A stretch of DNA of 64,000 bases from Opitutales bacterium (GCA_040398005.1 JBBAUX010000007.1:1-64000); one strand, 5' to 3'. Shown: positions 19,553 to 29,895, numbered from the stretch's first letter. Notes: generated by a model not told the origin, from the letters alone. Made by a program: numbers and translations.

Positions 19553-21745
19553 ATGTCCTCATTAAAATATGTATCTAACCTTTGGAACGACACAGAAGTC
19601 GCCAAGCTCGATCCAGTCGGACGATTAGTTTATCGTTCGAACAAGTTGGGCGCCGACCAGCGTATCACCAACACCGGTGGTGGTAACACTTCCTCGAAGA
19701 CCACAGAAAAAGATCCATTATCTGGAAAGAACGTGCCGGTGTTATGGGTCAAAGGTTCAGGCGGCGATTTACGTACGTCGACCCGCGAAAATTTCTCCTC
19801 ACTCTACCAAGACAAACTTATTGAACTACAAGCGGTGTATGCCGCACGTGCCGATAAGGGATTAAAGTCACAGGCGGAAGATGACATGGTCGGCATGTAT
19901 AATCACACGACTTTTAATTTAAATCCTCGCGCTTCATCAATCGATACCCCGCTGCACAGCTTCTTACCCGGCAAGCATGTCGACCACATGCATCCTAATG
20001 CGATCATCTCGATTGCTGCATCTAAGAATTGTGAAGCACTCACGCAAAAAATCTTCGCGGGGAAAATGGCCTATGTAAAATGGATGCGTCCTGGATTCGA
20101 ATTAGGATTAGCGATGCAGGAAATCGCCCGCAAAGAGCCATCGACCAAGGCTATCATGATGGGTCAGCACGGATTTATTTCATGGGCGGATGACGATAAA
20201 GCCTGTTACGAACTAACCCTTTCGATGATCGAACAAGCTGCCGCTTATATCGACTCGCAGTATCAAGCTAAAGGTGGCGATGCCAAAGCATTCGGCGGTG
20301 CGAAATATCAAACCCTCGACGCGGCGAAACGCCTTGAAGTCTTAGCAAAAATCTTGCCTTGGCTCCGTGGTCAGGTCTCACAAGAAAAGCGTTTTATTGG
20401 AACGGTGCAAGATGATGAAAAGATTTTACGTTTCGTTAATTCGAAAGATGCACCACGCTTAGCCGAATTAGGTACCTCCTGCCCTGATCACTTCCTGCGC
20501 ACGAAAATTAAGCCTCTCTACATTGATTGGAATCCACAAGCTGAGGACGTCGCGACACTTAAATCCAAACTTCAATCGGGTTTAGATAACTACCGTAAAG
20601 ATTACGCTAAATATTATAACGCCTGCAAACGTGCAAATTCACCAGCCATGCGTGATTCTAATCCTACCGTGGTTCTGATTCCTGGCGTAGGCATGATTGC
20701 TTGGGGTAAAGATAAGTCGGAGTCACGTGTGACTGCTGAATTTTATAATTGTGCCGTTGAAGTCATGCGTGGAGCGGAGGCGATTGACCAGTATATTGCC
20801 CTGCCTCAACAAGAAGCCTTTGATATCGAGTATTGGTTATTAGAAGAAGCTAAATTGAAGCGCATGCCTGCGGAGAATGAATTAGCACGCCAAGTGATTA
20901 TCGTAGTCGGTGCAGGTTCAGGCATCGGTAAAGAAACCGCACACCGCTTAGTTAAAGAAGGTGCTCATATTGTCTGCGTAGATAAAAATGTCGAAGCTGC
21001 CCAAGCCACCGCGAAAGAAATTACTGATAAATACGGTATTGGTATCGGTGTTGCCGGTACCGGACTCTCCAATTGTGGTCCAGCCATCGGCTTAGCAGGT
21101 GACATCATGGATCGTCATTCGATTCGTCGCATGCTTGATGAAGTCGCCTTGGCCTACGGAGGCTTCGACTCCATTTGCGTCACGGCTGGCATTTTCGTGT
21201 CACCTGACACCTCTGGACACATTCCCGACGATAAGTGGGCTCTGACGTTTGCTTTAAATGTAACGGGTAGTTATCTGGTTGCTGATGAAGCTTTTAAGAC
21301 CTGGAAAGAACAAGGCCTCCGCGGAAATATGGTACTTACGACCAGCGCCAATGCCGTTGTCGCCAAGAAAGGCTCCGTGGCCTACGACACTTCCAAAGCT
21401 GCCGCAAATCACCTCGTGCGCGAACTAGCCATGGAATTGTCCCCTCTCATTCGTGTTAATGGTGTTGCGCCTGCGACCGTTGTTCAAGGTTCAGCGATGT
21501 TCCCTCGTGATCGCGTGATCGCTTCGCTCGCTAAATATAATATTCCTTACACCGATGATGAAGCATCGGAATCACTCACGACTAAATTATCTCAGTTCTA
21601 TGCTGAAAGAACTCTCACAAAGAATCCGATTACTCCAGCTGACCAAGCGGAGGCGTATTTCTTATTAGTTTCCAATCGCCTAAACAAAACCACTGGCCAA
21701 GTGATCACAGTCGACGGTGGCCTACACGAGGCTTTCTTAAGATAA
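19553..21745 (+). CDS. rhaEW: Bifunctional rhamnulose-1-phosphate aldolase / lactaldehyde dehydrogenase (SDR)
   Basis: N-terminal GGGNTSSK, KGSGGD, SIDTPLH, DHMHP, CPDHFLRTK, EYWLLEEAKL; C-terminal SDR GAGSGIG and YDTSK. Confidence 0.93.
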   Translation: MSSLKYVSNLWNDTEVAKLDPVGRLVYRSNKLGADQRITNTGGGNTSSKTTEKDPLSGKNVPVLWVKGSGGDLRTSTRENFSSLYQDKLIELQAVYAARADKGLKSQAEDDMVGMYNHTTFNLNPRASSIDTPLHSFLPGKHVDHMHPNAIISIAASKNCEALTQKIFAGKMAYVKWMRPGFELGLAMQEIARKEPSTKAIMMGQHGFISWADDDKACYELTLSMIEQAAAYIDSQYQAKGGDAKAFGGAKYQTLDAAKRLEVLAKILPWLRGQVSQEKRFIGTVQDDEKILRFVNSKDAPRLAELGTSCPDHFLRTKIKPLYIDWNPQAEDVATLKSKLQSGLDNYRKDYAKYYNACKRANSPAMRDSNPTVVLIPGVGMIAWGKDKSESRVTAEFYNCAVEVMRGAEAIDQYIALPQQEAFDIEYWLLEEAKLKRMPAENELARQVIIVVGAGSGIGKETAHRLVKEGAHIVCVDKNVEAAQATAKEITDKYGIGIGVAGTGLSNCGPAIGLAGDIMDRHSIRRMLDEVALAYGGFDSICVTAGIFVSPDTSGHIPDDKWALTFALNVTGSYLVADEAFKTWKEQGLRGNMVLTTSANAVVAKKGSVAYDTSKAAANHLVRELAMELSPLIRVNGVAPATVVQGSAMFPRDRVIASLAKYNIPYTDDEASESLTTKLSQFYAERTLTKNPITPADQAEAYFLLVSNRLNKTTGQVITVDGGLHEAFLR

Positions 21746-21748
21746 ACT

Positions 21749-22477
21749 GTGCGCGTTTCCCTTTTCATTCCCTGCTTTATCGACCAGCTTACCCCACAGG
21801 TAGGCTTGGCGACGGCTAAGGTTCTGAAAAAACTTGGCCAAGAAGTTGAATTTAATTCGAGTCAAACCTGTTGCGGTCAGCCTTCGTATAATTCTGGGCA
21901 ATGGGAAATCGCTAAAGAAGGTGCGATTCGTAGTTTAGAAGTCTTTAAGGATGCAGAGGTGGTCGTTGGTCCTTCCGGTTCCTGTGTGGCGATGATGAAG
22001 AAATTTTATCCTGAACTACTTCATGGTACTAAATACGAAGCAGAAGCGAAGAGACTCTCGCAACGCACGTTTGAATTTTCAGATTTCATTGTTTCGCAAT
22101 TAAAGATTACCGATGTCGGTGCTTCTTTAAATAAAAAGGTTACTTACCATGATGGTTGTCACGCACTCCGAGAGTTAAGACTCAAAGAAGAGCCCCGTAA
22201 GTTGTTACGTGCGGTTAAAGGTCTCGAATTAATCGAAACCGAAGAGGCCGAATCGTGCTGTGGTTTCGGCGGCTTATTCGCGGTGAAATTCCCGATGATT
22301 TCTACGGCCATGGTAGAAGTAAAAGCGGGTGCCCTCGCCCGAACGGGTGCGGACTATATTGTTTCATCTGACCCATCCTGCTTACTCCAGATTGGTGGCT
22401 GGTTATCCCGCGAAGGCAAAGTCATTAGACCTCTGCATATCGCCGAACTCTTAGCGATGGGGATCGACCATGCTTAA
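21749..22477 (+). CDS. lutA: L-lactate utilisation Fe-S protein A (LldE)
   Basis: CCGQP, SGSC, YHDGCH, CCGFGG, DPSCL (two CCG domains). Confidence 0.93.
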   Translation: MRVSLFIPCFIDQLTPQVGLATAKVLKKLGQEVEFNSSQTCCGQPSYNSGQWEIAKEGAIRSLEVFKDAEVVVGPSGSCVAMMKKFYPELLHGTKYEAEAKRLSQRTFEFSDFIVSQLKITDVGASLNKKVTYHDGCHALRELRLKEEPRKLLRAVKGLELIETEEAESCCGFGGLFAVKFPMISTAMVEVKAGALARTGADYIVSSDPSCLLQIGGWLSREGKVIRPLHIAELLAMGIDHA

Positions 22478-23861
22478 TTCTAAATCCATTTTCATCAAGG
22501 AATCTACACTCACGAGTGCGGATGGCGTTCAACGTCAGTTCATTCGTACCGCGCTCGGTGGTTATTATAAAAATCGCGACATCTATCAGGCAAGGTATCG
22601 CAATTGGGAACTCGCCCGCGATGCCGCTTCACTTGCTAAATGGTCAGCCGTAAATAATTTAGCGGAAGTATTAGAAAAGTTTGTCGCCAAGTTTGAATCG
22701 AACGGTGGCGAGGTTCACTGGGCTCGCGATGCGGCTGAAGCCCGAAAAATTATTTTAGATTTAGTAGCTAAAGTGAATGCCACCGCCGTTATTAAATCGA
22801 AGTGTATGACCACGGAAGAGATTCATCTAAACGATGCTCTGGAGAAAGCCGGTTTCGGTGTTGTGGAGAGTGATTTGGGTGAGTTCATCCAACAATTACG
22901 GGGTGAAGCGCCTTACCACTTCGTCTTCCCCTGTATGCATTTAAAGCGTGAGGCGATTAGCGAGTTATTTACGAAGCATCTGGGAACTGCACCGACGGAC
23001 AGCCCTGAGGAGCTGACCATGATCGCACGTCGGCATTTACGTAAACTCTATATCACAGCTGATGTAGGTATCACCGGTGCGAACTTTTTAGTCGCCGATA
23101 CTGGTCAAATTTCCATTACCGAGAACGAAGGGAATGCTCGTTTAACGGCCGCAATGCCCCGCGTACATATTGCCCTCTCTGGAATCGAAAAAGTGATTAA
23201 TACCATCGATGACCTCACCGTCTTACTACCGATGTTAGCAACCGCGGGTGCGGGTCAACCGATGACCTGTTATAATACCCTTTATGCGGGTCCTAAGAAA
23301 CCAGGTGAGTTGGATGGCCCCGAAGAGTTTCATTTAGTCTTATTAGATAATGCTCGCACTCAGATATTAGCAGATCCTGAACAACGCGATTCGCTCCATT
23401 GTATTCGCTGTGGTGCTTGTTTAAATGTTTGTCCGATCTTTAAAAATATTGGCGGTCACGCTTACGGTACCACGTACCAAGGGCCGATTGGATCCGTGAT
23501 TACTCCTCATTTACGTGGTCTCAAGGATTGGAATCACCTTTCAGGTGCCTCGTCACTCTGTGGTGCGTGTACCGATGCCTGCCCGGTGCGTATCGATCTG
23601 CACCACCACTTGTTACAAAATCGACGCAATGCTGCGAAGGTGGTGCCTAATTTATTCGATCGTGTTTTTCACGGTACCTTTAATTTTGTGATTCAACGTC
23701 CAGCGCTGTTTTCTTTAGGCGGAAAAGTTTTTCGAAAGACATTCGGATTATTGAAACACCTGCCTCTTCCTTATTTAGGTACGTGGCTCAAGTCGCGTGA
23801 TCTGCCAGCGATTCCCCAAAAATCATTTAGAGAAGTATGGAAGGATTCTAAAAATGTCTGA
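22470..23861 (+). CDS. lutB: L-lactate utilisation Fe-S protein B (LldF)
   Basis: ESDLGE, GITGANF, ENEGN, CIRCGACLNVCP, SLCGACTDACP. Confidence 0.94.
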   Translation: MLNSKSIFIKESTLTSADGVQRQFIRTALGGYYKNRDIYQARYRNWELARDAASLAKWSAVNNLAEVLEKFVAKFESNGGEVHWARDAAEARKIILDLVAKVNATAVIKSKCMTTEEIHLNDALEKAGFGVVESDLGEFIQQLRGEAPYHFVFPCMHLKREAISELFTKHLGTAPTDSPEELTMIARRHLRKLYITADVGITGANFLVADTGQISITENEGNARLTAAMPRVHIALSGIEKVINTIDDLTVLLPMLATAGAGQPMTCYNTLYAGPKKPGELDGPEEFHLVLLDNARTQILADPEQRDSLHCIRCGACLNVCPIFKNIGGHAYGTTYQGPIGSVITPHLRGLKDWNHLSGASSLCGACTDACPVRIDLHHHLLQNRRNAAKVVPNLFDRVFHGTFNFVIQRPALFSLGGKVFRKTFGLLKHLPLPYLGTWLKSRDLPAIPQKSFREVWKDSKNV

Positions 23862-24522
23862 AGCTCGTAAAGAAATCATGGGTCGCATCCGCGAGGCGCT
23901 AAAAACCCCTTCGCCGAAGCCACATTTGAAGGGTGAATCTTCCAAGGTTGCGGGCAAGGCCTGGCTGCCCGAAGTGGGTGATACTCAAGCGGAAACTATG
24001 GCGCTACTTTCTGATAATCTAGCCAAGTTGAAGGCCAGCTTCCACCCTGTGGAAAATTTAGATCAAGCGATAACCTTGGTGAAAGATTTAGCACAAAAGA
24101 AGAACTGGAAGAATATCGCCTATCATAAGAATGAACTGGTGACACCGGTAGCTCTGGCAATCGACGGCAATGCTTGGGCGGTGGATGACTCCTTCTCTAA
24201 AGACAAACTAGAGGCAGTCGATGTCGGGCTGACGTCTTGCGTGTCCATTGTCGCTCAATTCGGAGCCATTCTGGTCTCGAGTGAGACATCGGGTGGTCGT
24301 GGATTATCCATTTTGCCGCCCGTGCACGTGGTTATTGCGAAAGCCGATCAAGTGGTGCCTGATTTAGCTGCTTGTTTTGAGCAAATAAATGTCCAATTCG
24401 GGGGCAAAATGCCAAGTATGCTCTCATTTATCACTGGGCCTAGTCGGACGGGTGATATCGAGCGCATCCTCGTTCTCGGTGCCCACGGTCCGAAGGAATT
24501 ATATTTAATATTAGTCCGCTAA
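23854..24522 (+). CDS. lutC: L-lactate utilisation protein C (LUD domain, LldG)
   Basis: GRGLSILPPVH, FITGPSRTGDIE..LVLGAHGP. Confidence 0.93.
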   Translation: MSEARKEIMGRIREALKTPSPKPHLKGESSKVAGKAWLPEVGDTQAETMALLSDNLAKLKASFHPVENLDQAITLVKDLAQKKNWKNIAYHKNELVTPVALAIDGNAWAVDDSFSKDKLEAVDVGLTSCVSIVAQFGAILVSSETSGGRGLSILPPVHVVIAKADQVVPDLAACFEQINVQFGGKMPSMLSFITGPSRTGDIERILVLGAHGPKELYLILVR

Positions 24523-24624
24523 AACTCCAGGGTGCGGATTTTATTTTAGTCATCCGAAATACAGCAAATTGTTGTGATGTGGCATTGACACACAGGTGCT
24601 AGTCCTCAATTCAGACTATTCCGC

Positions 24625-26394
24625 ATGCAGAATTTCTCAAGTCAGTGCCTAGATCAAACTAGGGCTCTTCTGAAAATTAACCTCAGTTCGATTACACCGG
24701 ATGGGTCGGTCCAGCCTGTGGCTGGTGAAACCAGTCGTGCTGATGAGCCAGGCCACGTCGCCCTCGCTCTGGGTGAGTATTTTCGTGCTACAGGAGACCT
24801 CGTGTTCGAACGCCAAAGCATCCCTGAATTGGTTGCACGCACGATTACCGCCCAGGTGAAACTCTCACAAGGCTCAGACAATGGTATGGCCTTTGCCTGT
24901 TTAGGACTTCTCGCTTTTGGCTCCACCCGTGAGCGTAATCCCGTTTGGGAAATTCTCGGTGCCGATATTAGAAAATTAATCGATGAACGTTTAGCCGTGA
25001 CCCACGATCACTACGACCACGTCCAAGCTTTTGATATCGCAAAAGCCGTTTGTAGATTTTCTTTTGGTTTATCCAAAAAAGATGAAACGGGTGCGTTGGT
25101 GGATCGATTCATTGAACGGATTACGGCGGCCTCGACTGGCGGATTTCATGATGATGCCTCGAAACAAGCGAACGCTGATAATTTGGGTGGTACTTTCGAT
25201 CTCTATGGCGTTGTCGCCGTTATATTTATTCGTCAGGCATTACAATTGCATGCCAATAGCCAAGTTCGAGATGCGAAATTACCGAAGCTCCGGACAGTAG
25301 CTGAAAAATATTTACGGATTATTTTAGAAACTGTACGGGAAGATGGTTTGGGTTGGACGTACGGCCGCGGCATTGGTGCCTACGGACAAATGCACTGTGT
25401 CACCTTGATCTTACAGGCCTTACGTGACCGCTTAATTTCTTCCGATAAAGAACCGCTTGCCCGCGATTTAGTCCGTCGCCTCTACACTCATTTCTTTACC
25501 ACGTTCTTCGATATGGAACACGGTTCCATTGTGATTCGCGACGTCGAGCGCGACACGATTCCGGGTCACACAACACGTATGGCGAATTTCGATGCCGCAC
25601 GCTACCTTTCGCAGTGGTCACGTTTGGCTAAAACAATCGGTGGTAGCATGAATGTACTTCAAGGGAACAAGGGATTAGTTTGTCGTTTTTATTCCTTTGA
25701 TAAAAGTCTACGCAAGGAACAGGGCTTATTATCTTATTCTGATGTTGATTCAGGTTTAAATATACTGATCCCCATCGTTTCCCAGGGTTTCCATAAATTC
25801 TGCGATTCCCTCTCCTTCCCTCACATGCCTGGGGTGTTTGATTGGCCAAGTAATTTCTACACTACGCCCTTCCTGCCCGAGTACACCATTGGCGGTAAAA
25901 TATACACGCCGTCTTTTTACGGAAAGAACATGCAAGTGGTTATGGGCACTAAGTCTGGAACTTATCATTTTAAATATGATCAGCCTGACCTGATTGATCA
26001 CACCGAAAAACTTTCTAGCGGTTTGGCATCAATGAAGGTCGACTGGGAATTTACTGGTGGAAAAGTTACTGGACGATTCACGTTAACACCAAAGGTTGCG
26101 CTGGTTTTAGAAAACTTCCGATTCGTTCTGCCTATTGCAGCTCTGCACACACGCATGGTTTCTGCAGGTGCTTTAATGCTCGGACAAGAATCGCATCGTT
26201 GTGAGATTTTACGTGATGATTTTCACGGTGAATGGTTGGAAACGAAAGTCGTGAGCGAAGACCCTAAACATAAGAGTCTGTTCGGGAAAATTCACTATTA
26301 CCAAATCTTGGAGCGCGACAAAACGCTGAGTCTCCGTCCAGGGATTGGGTATAGTTTCGAAGTCGTCCTGCAGCCGGACATCGTCCGTCTCTAA
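24625..26394 (+). CDS. Uncharacterised 589-aa cytoplasmic protein
   Basis: Long ORF with normal codon use; TTGACA at 24585-24590 upstream; no family recognised with confidence. Confidence 0.85.
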   Translation: MQNFSSQCLDQTRALLKINLSSITPDGSVQPVAGETSRADEPGHVALALGEYFRATGDLVFERQSIPELVARTITAQVKLSQGSDNGMAFACLGLLAFGSTRERNPVWEILGADIRKLIDERLAVTHDHYDHVQAFDIAKAVCRFSFGLSKKDETGALVDRFIERITAASTGGFHDDASKQANADNLGGTFDLYGVVAVIFIRQALQLHANSQVRDAKLPKLRTVAEKYLRIILETVREDGLGWTYGRGIGAYGQMHCVTLILQALRDRLISSDKEPLARDLVRRLYTHFFTTFFDMEHGSIVIRDVERDTIPGHTTRMANFDAARYLSQWSRLAKTIGGSMNVLQGNKGLVCRFYSFDKSLRKEQGLLSYSDVDSGLNILIPIVSQGFHKFCDSLSFPHMPGVFDWPSNFYTTPFLPEYTIGGKIYTPSFYGKNMQVVMGTKSGTYHFKYDQPDLIDHTEKLSSGLASMKVDWEFTGGKVTGRFTLTPKVALVLENFRFVLPIAALHTRMVSAGALMLGQESHRCEILRDDFHGEWLETKVVSEDPKHKSLFGKIHYYQILERDKTLSLRPGIGYSFEVVLQPDIVRL

Positions 26395-26488
26395 ACCGCT
26401 TTCTCGCTCCTAGGTAGGCCATTATCGCCTTGAGGGGGTTTCCAGGATTGTCAGATATCTTGGAGTCCACTAACTATGCCTTTGTCTC

Positions 26489-28030
26489 ATGACGCGTCCC
26501 TTTTACATCACTACAGCGATTGATTATGCCAATGGTGCTCCGCACCTCGGGCATGCCTACGAGAAGGTCTTAGCTGATGTTATTTCCCGACATCAAAGAA
26601 TGATGGGATACAAGGTTCATTTTCTTACCGGATTGGATGAACATGGGCAAAAGGTTCAACAGACGGCACAGAAACGTGGAGTTAATCCACAGGTGTTTGT
26701 CGACGAAATCGCCGAAATATTCAAAGCGATGCTCAAGTCGCTGAATGTGTCTAATGATGATTATATTCGTACCACCGAAACGCGGCACAAGTTAGTCGTC
26801 CAAAGTTTCCTACAAAAACTCCACGACCAAGGTTTAATTTATTTAGGAAAAAAGACCGACTGGTATTCTACGCGTCAGGAACAGTTTTTAACTGATAAGG
26901 ATCGCGATGTGGATGGATCCTGGCCCGAGATCTACGGTGAAGTCACGCAAACCACCGAAGAAAATTATTACTTTAAATTATCTCAGTATCAGCCTTGGTT
27001 GATTGAGCATATTAAAAGTCACCCCGATTTTATAAATCCCTCATTCCGTGCGAAACAGGTTCTCGAATTTCTCAAAGAACCTTTAAATGATTTATGTATT
27101 TCGCGTCCGAAGTCTCGTCTGACTTGGGGAATCGAGCTGCCCTTCGATAACAATTTCGTAACCTATGTTTGGTTTGATGCCCTAACCAATTATTATTCGG
27201 CGGTGGCGGACAAAAATCTCTGGCCAGCCGATGTGCACGTCATTGGTAAAGATATTTTATCACCTCCCCACGCAGTTTATTGGCCCTGCATGCTGAAGGC
27301 ATTAAATATTGATCCACCTAAACAATTACTGGTGCACGGCTGGTGGACGGTCGATAGCAAGAAGGCCTCGAAGAGCGAAGGTAATGCTAATGATACTTTA
27401 AATCTAATCCAATCCCACGGTGCCGATGCTTTCCGCTATTATTTAAGTCGCGAGATGGTCGTCGGACAAGACGCCGACTTCTCTCACAAGGGATTTGGTG
27501 ACCGCTACAAAGCTGACTTAGCTAATAATCTCGGAAACCTGGTGAACCGTCTGCTTAACATGGTGGGACGAAATTATGCGGGCAGCATTCCTGCACCGAG
27601 TGCCGATGAAGAATTAGAGAAGTCGCTGCGCGATTTGTGGTCGGTCACGCAGAAAAAGTATTTTGATTCTTTTGGCAGTTATCAAATCAGTCACGCCCTT
27701 GAATCACTCTGGGTGTTTGTCAGTGCCATGAATGCTTTTATTGAAACTCGAGCACCGTGGAAATTAGCGAAGTCAACCGACCCTCAAGATAAAGCGCGAC
27801 TCGACTCATGTCTGGCTTATGTTGCTGAAGGTCTGCGACTGGTCGGAACCGTTCTATTACCTATCATGCCCGATTCGGCTGCCAAACTTCTCATAAATAT
27901 CGGCCAACCGGTACCGACTCATTTCGAAGGACAACTTAACTGGTCGACCGTTTGCACGGGCAGAAAGGTGTCCGAAAAATGCATCCTTTTCCCCCAAAAC
28001 GAAGATTCTGCATCGGGAGTGAAGGCTTAG
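26489..28030 (+). CDS. metG: Methionine--tRNA ligase (short monomeric form)
   Basis: YITTAIDYANGAPHLGH, TGLDEHGQK, YVWFDAL, IGKDI, ANNLGNLVNR. Confidence 0.97.
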   Translation: MTRPFYITTAIDYANGAPHLGHAYEKVLADVISRHQRMMGYKVHFLTGLDEHGQKVQQTAQKRGVNPQVFVDEIAEIFKAMLKSLNVSNDDYIRTTETRHKLVVQSFLQKLHDQGLIYLGKKTDWYSTRQEQFLTDKDRDVDGSWPEIYGEVTQTTEENYYFKLSQYQPWLIEHIKSHPDFINPSFRAKQVLEFLKEPLNDLCISRPKSRLTWGIELPFDNNFVTYVWFDALTNYYSAVADKNLWPADVHVIGKDILSPPHAVYWPCMLKALNIDPPKQLLVHGWWTVDSKKASKSEGNANDTLNLIQSHGADAFRYYLSREMVVGQDADFSHKGFGDRYKADLANNLGNLVNRLLNMVGRNYAGSIPAPSADEELEKSLRDLWSVTQKKYFDSFGSYQISHALESLWVFVSAMNAFIETRAPWKLAKSTDPQDKARLDSCLAYVAEGLRLVGTVLLPIMPDSAAKLLINIGQPVPTHFEGQLNWSTVCTGRKVSEKCILFPQNEDSASGVKA

Positions 28031-28057
28031 TTAGACAATTCTATTTTACTCTCTACG

Positions 28058-29407
28058 GTGAACTCGGTGGTTAATCCAACTTCCAGTGAATTAAGCAATC
28101 CCCTGCTCGCTGCAGAGAAAGCATCGGCGGGCTTAGGCTTTGTATCACTCTCATTTCAGGTCTCCGAATTAGATCCCTTGGCGGTATTAGAGACGCTGAA
28201 TGTATCGGGTGCCCGGAGTTATTTTGAAAACCCATCACAGCATCAAGCCCATGCTTCGGGGCTTCCTTTAGTGGAGTGGAAAGGTCGTGGTAAAAATAGA
28301 TTCAATGAAGCGGATACTTGGTTAAGAAAAATTAACGCGAGTATTCAATCGATTGGTGACCCACCACGACTCATTGCCAGTTTTCCCTTTTATCCAGGGG
28401 ATGATAAAAATGATTTAGATTCGCATCTTTTTTTACCGACCTGGCAGGTGGTGACTGATGCGGGTATTACCACGATTACACTTTGCGAAAAAGCAACTGC
28501 GGGGTGTGCTGATAAATTATTAAAACAAGTGGACCAGTTCCGCGGGTTTATTTATCAGGCCAATCTCCTGCCTACCCATCAACCTTCCGCCACGGTTTTA
28601 AGTGAGGTCGGTGGTGCCTGGTTCCCTTCGGCGGTTAAGCGTGCGACCGAACTGATTAAAGAAGGTGCTTTTGAAAAGATTGTGTTAACGCGTGCTTTCG
28701 ATTGGAGAAAAAAAGAAAATTTCAACGTGTTCGGGACCCTTCATCGCCTCCGTCGCGCGAATCCCAACTGCAATATTTTCCTGATTAATGAAGCGGAGGC
28801 CTCTTTGGTCGGAGCCTCTCCCGAGACTTTAATTGCCTTATCTGATACGAATCTGAAGACAGAGGCGGTCGCGGGTACCACACGTCGGGGCGATTCGGCA
28901 TCCGAAGATGCCAGTTTAGCCAAAGCGCTTCTCGCCAGTGATAAGGATCAACGTGAGCATAGCGCAGTTACCGCATCGATTTTACGCCGCTTGAAAATGG
29001 TCGGGGTAGTCGGTGCGGCCACGCAAACGCCGGAATTATTACGCTTGGGTAATGTCATGCACATTCGTACTCCCGTCATTGGTAAGTTGTCGGCTGATCG
29101 TACCTTTTTAGAGGTGGCGGGTGAATTGCATCCCACGCCAGCGGTAGGAGGCAAACCGCGTGATTTAGCTCTACCCTTTATCCCTGGTTTTGAACCACAC
29201 TTGCGTGGACTTTATACTGGAGCGGTCGGTTGGATTCAGTCTGACGGCAAAAAAGGAAACCTCTATGTCGCCCTTCGTTGTGCACGTATTTTGGGTAACA
29301 CGGCACGCGTTTATGCTGGTGCGGGAATCGTTGCAGGGTCAGATCCCACCCTCGAGAGCGTCGAGACCGAGATGAAATTAAAGACGATTTTAGATTCTTT
29401 GATTTAA
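28058..29407 (+). CDS. menF: Isochorismate synthase (chorismate-binding MST enzyme)
   Basis: KIVLTR, GASPETL, AVAGT, KDQREH, LHPTPAVGG, YTGAVG, AGAGIV.GS. Confidence 0.88.
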   Translation: MNSVVNPTSSELSNPLLAAEKASAGLGFVSLSFQVSELDPLAVLETLNVSGARSYFENPSQHQAHASGLPLVEWKGRGKNRFNEADTWLRKINASIQSIGDPPRLIASFPFYPGDDKNDLDSHLFLPTWQVVTDAGITTITLCEKATAGCADKLLKQVDQFRGFIYQANLLPTHQPSATVLSEVGGAWFPSAVKRATELIKEGAFEKIVLTRAFDWRKKENFNVFGTLHRLRRANPNCNIFLINEAEASLVGASPETLIALSDTNLKTEAVAGTTRRGDSASEDASLAKALLASDKDQREHSAVTASILRRLKMVGVVGAATQTPELLRLGNVMHIRTPVIGKLSADRTFLEVAGELHPTPAVGGKPRDLALPFIPGFEPHLRGLYTGAVGWIQSDGKKGNLYVALRCARILGNTARVYAGAGIVAGSDPTLESVETEMKLKTILDSLI

Positions 29408-29844
29408 TGAAAATTATCGTTCAGCGAGTGCTCTCGGCTTCGGTGACAGTTAATCACACCATCGTTTCAGAAATAAAAAAAGGTTACCTGCTTTTAGTCG
29501 GTATTGGCGCAGGCGATACTACTGACGAGGTGCAACGACTGGTGAGTATGGTTATGAAAATGAGAATCTTTCCCGATACTGCGGGCAAGATGCAGCATTC
29601 GATTGCGGAGGTCGGTGGAGAAATCTTAGTGGTCAGCCAATTTACTTTACTCGCAAACTTTGCGAAGGGAAACCGCCCTTCCTTTCATGATGCGGCGAAA
29701 CCGGAAGTGGCTCAGCCTTTATTTGAGGCCTTGGTGGAAGGCCTTAGAGCGCAATTGGGATCAAAGATTTCAACCGGAGTTTTCGGTGCTGATATGCAAG
29801 TTTCGCTCTGTAATGACGGGCCAGTCACCCTCATTCTGGAATAA
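29407..29844 (+). CDS. dtd: D-aminoacyl-tRNA deacylase
   Basis: QRV..ASV, SQFTL, GNRPSF, GVFGADMQV...NDGPVT. Confidence 0.96.
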   Translation: MKIIVQRVLSASVTVNHTIVSEIKKGYLLLVGIGAGDTTDEVQRLVSMVMKMRIFPDTAGKMQHSIAEVGGEILVVSQFTLLANFAKGNRPSFHDAAKPEVAQPLFEALVEGLRAQLGSKISTGVFGADMQVSLCNDGPVTLILE

Positions 29845-29895
29845 TTAGTTTGGAATTTCTTTGCTAGTTTAGTCATTTTATCAAAGTTAATAACT

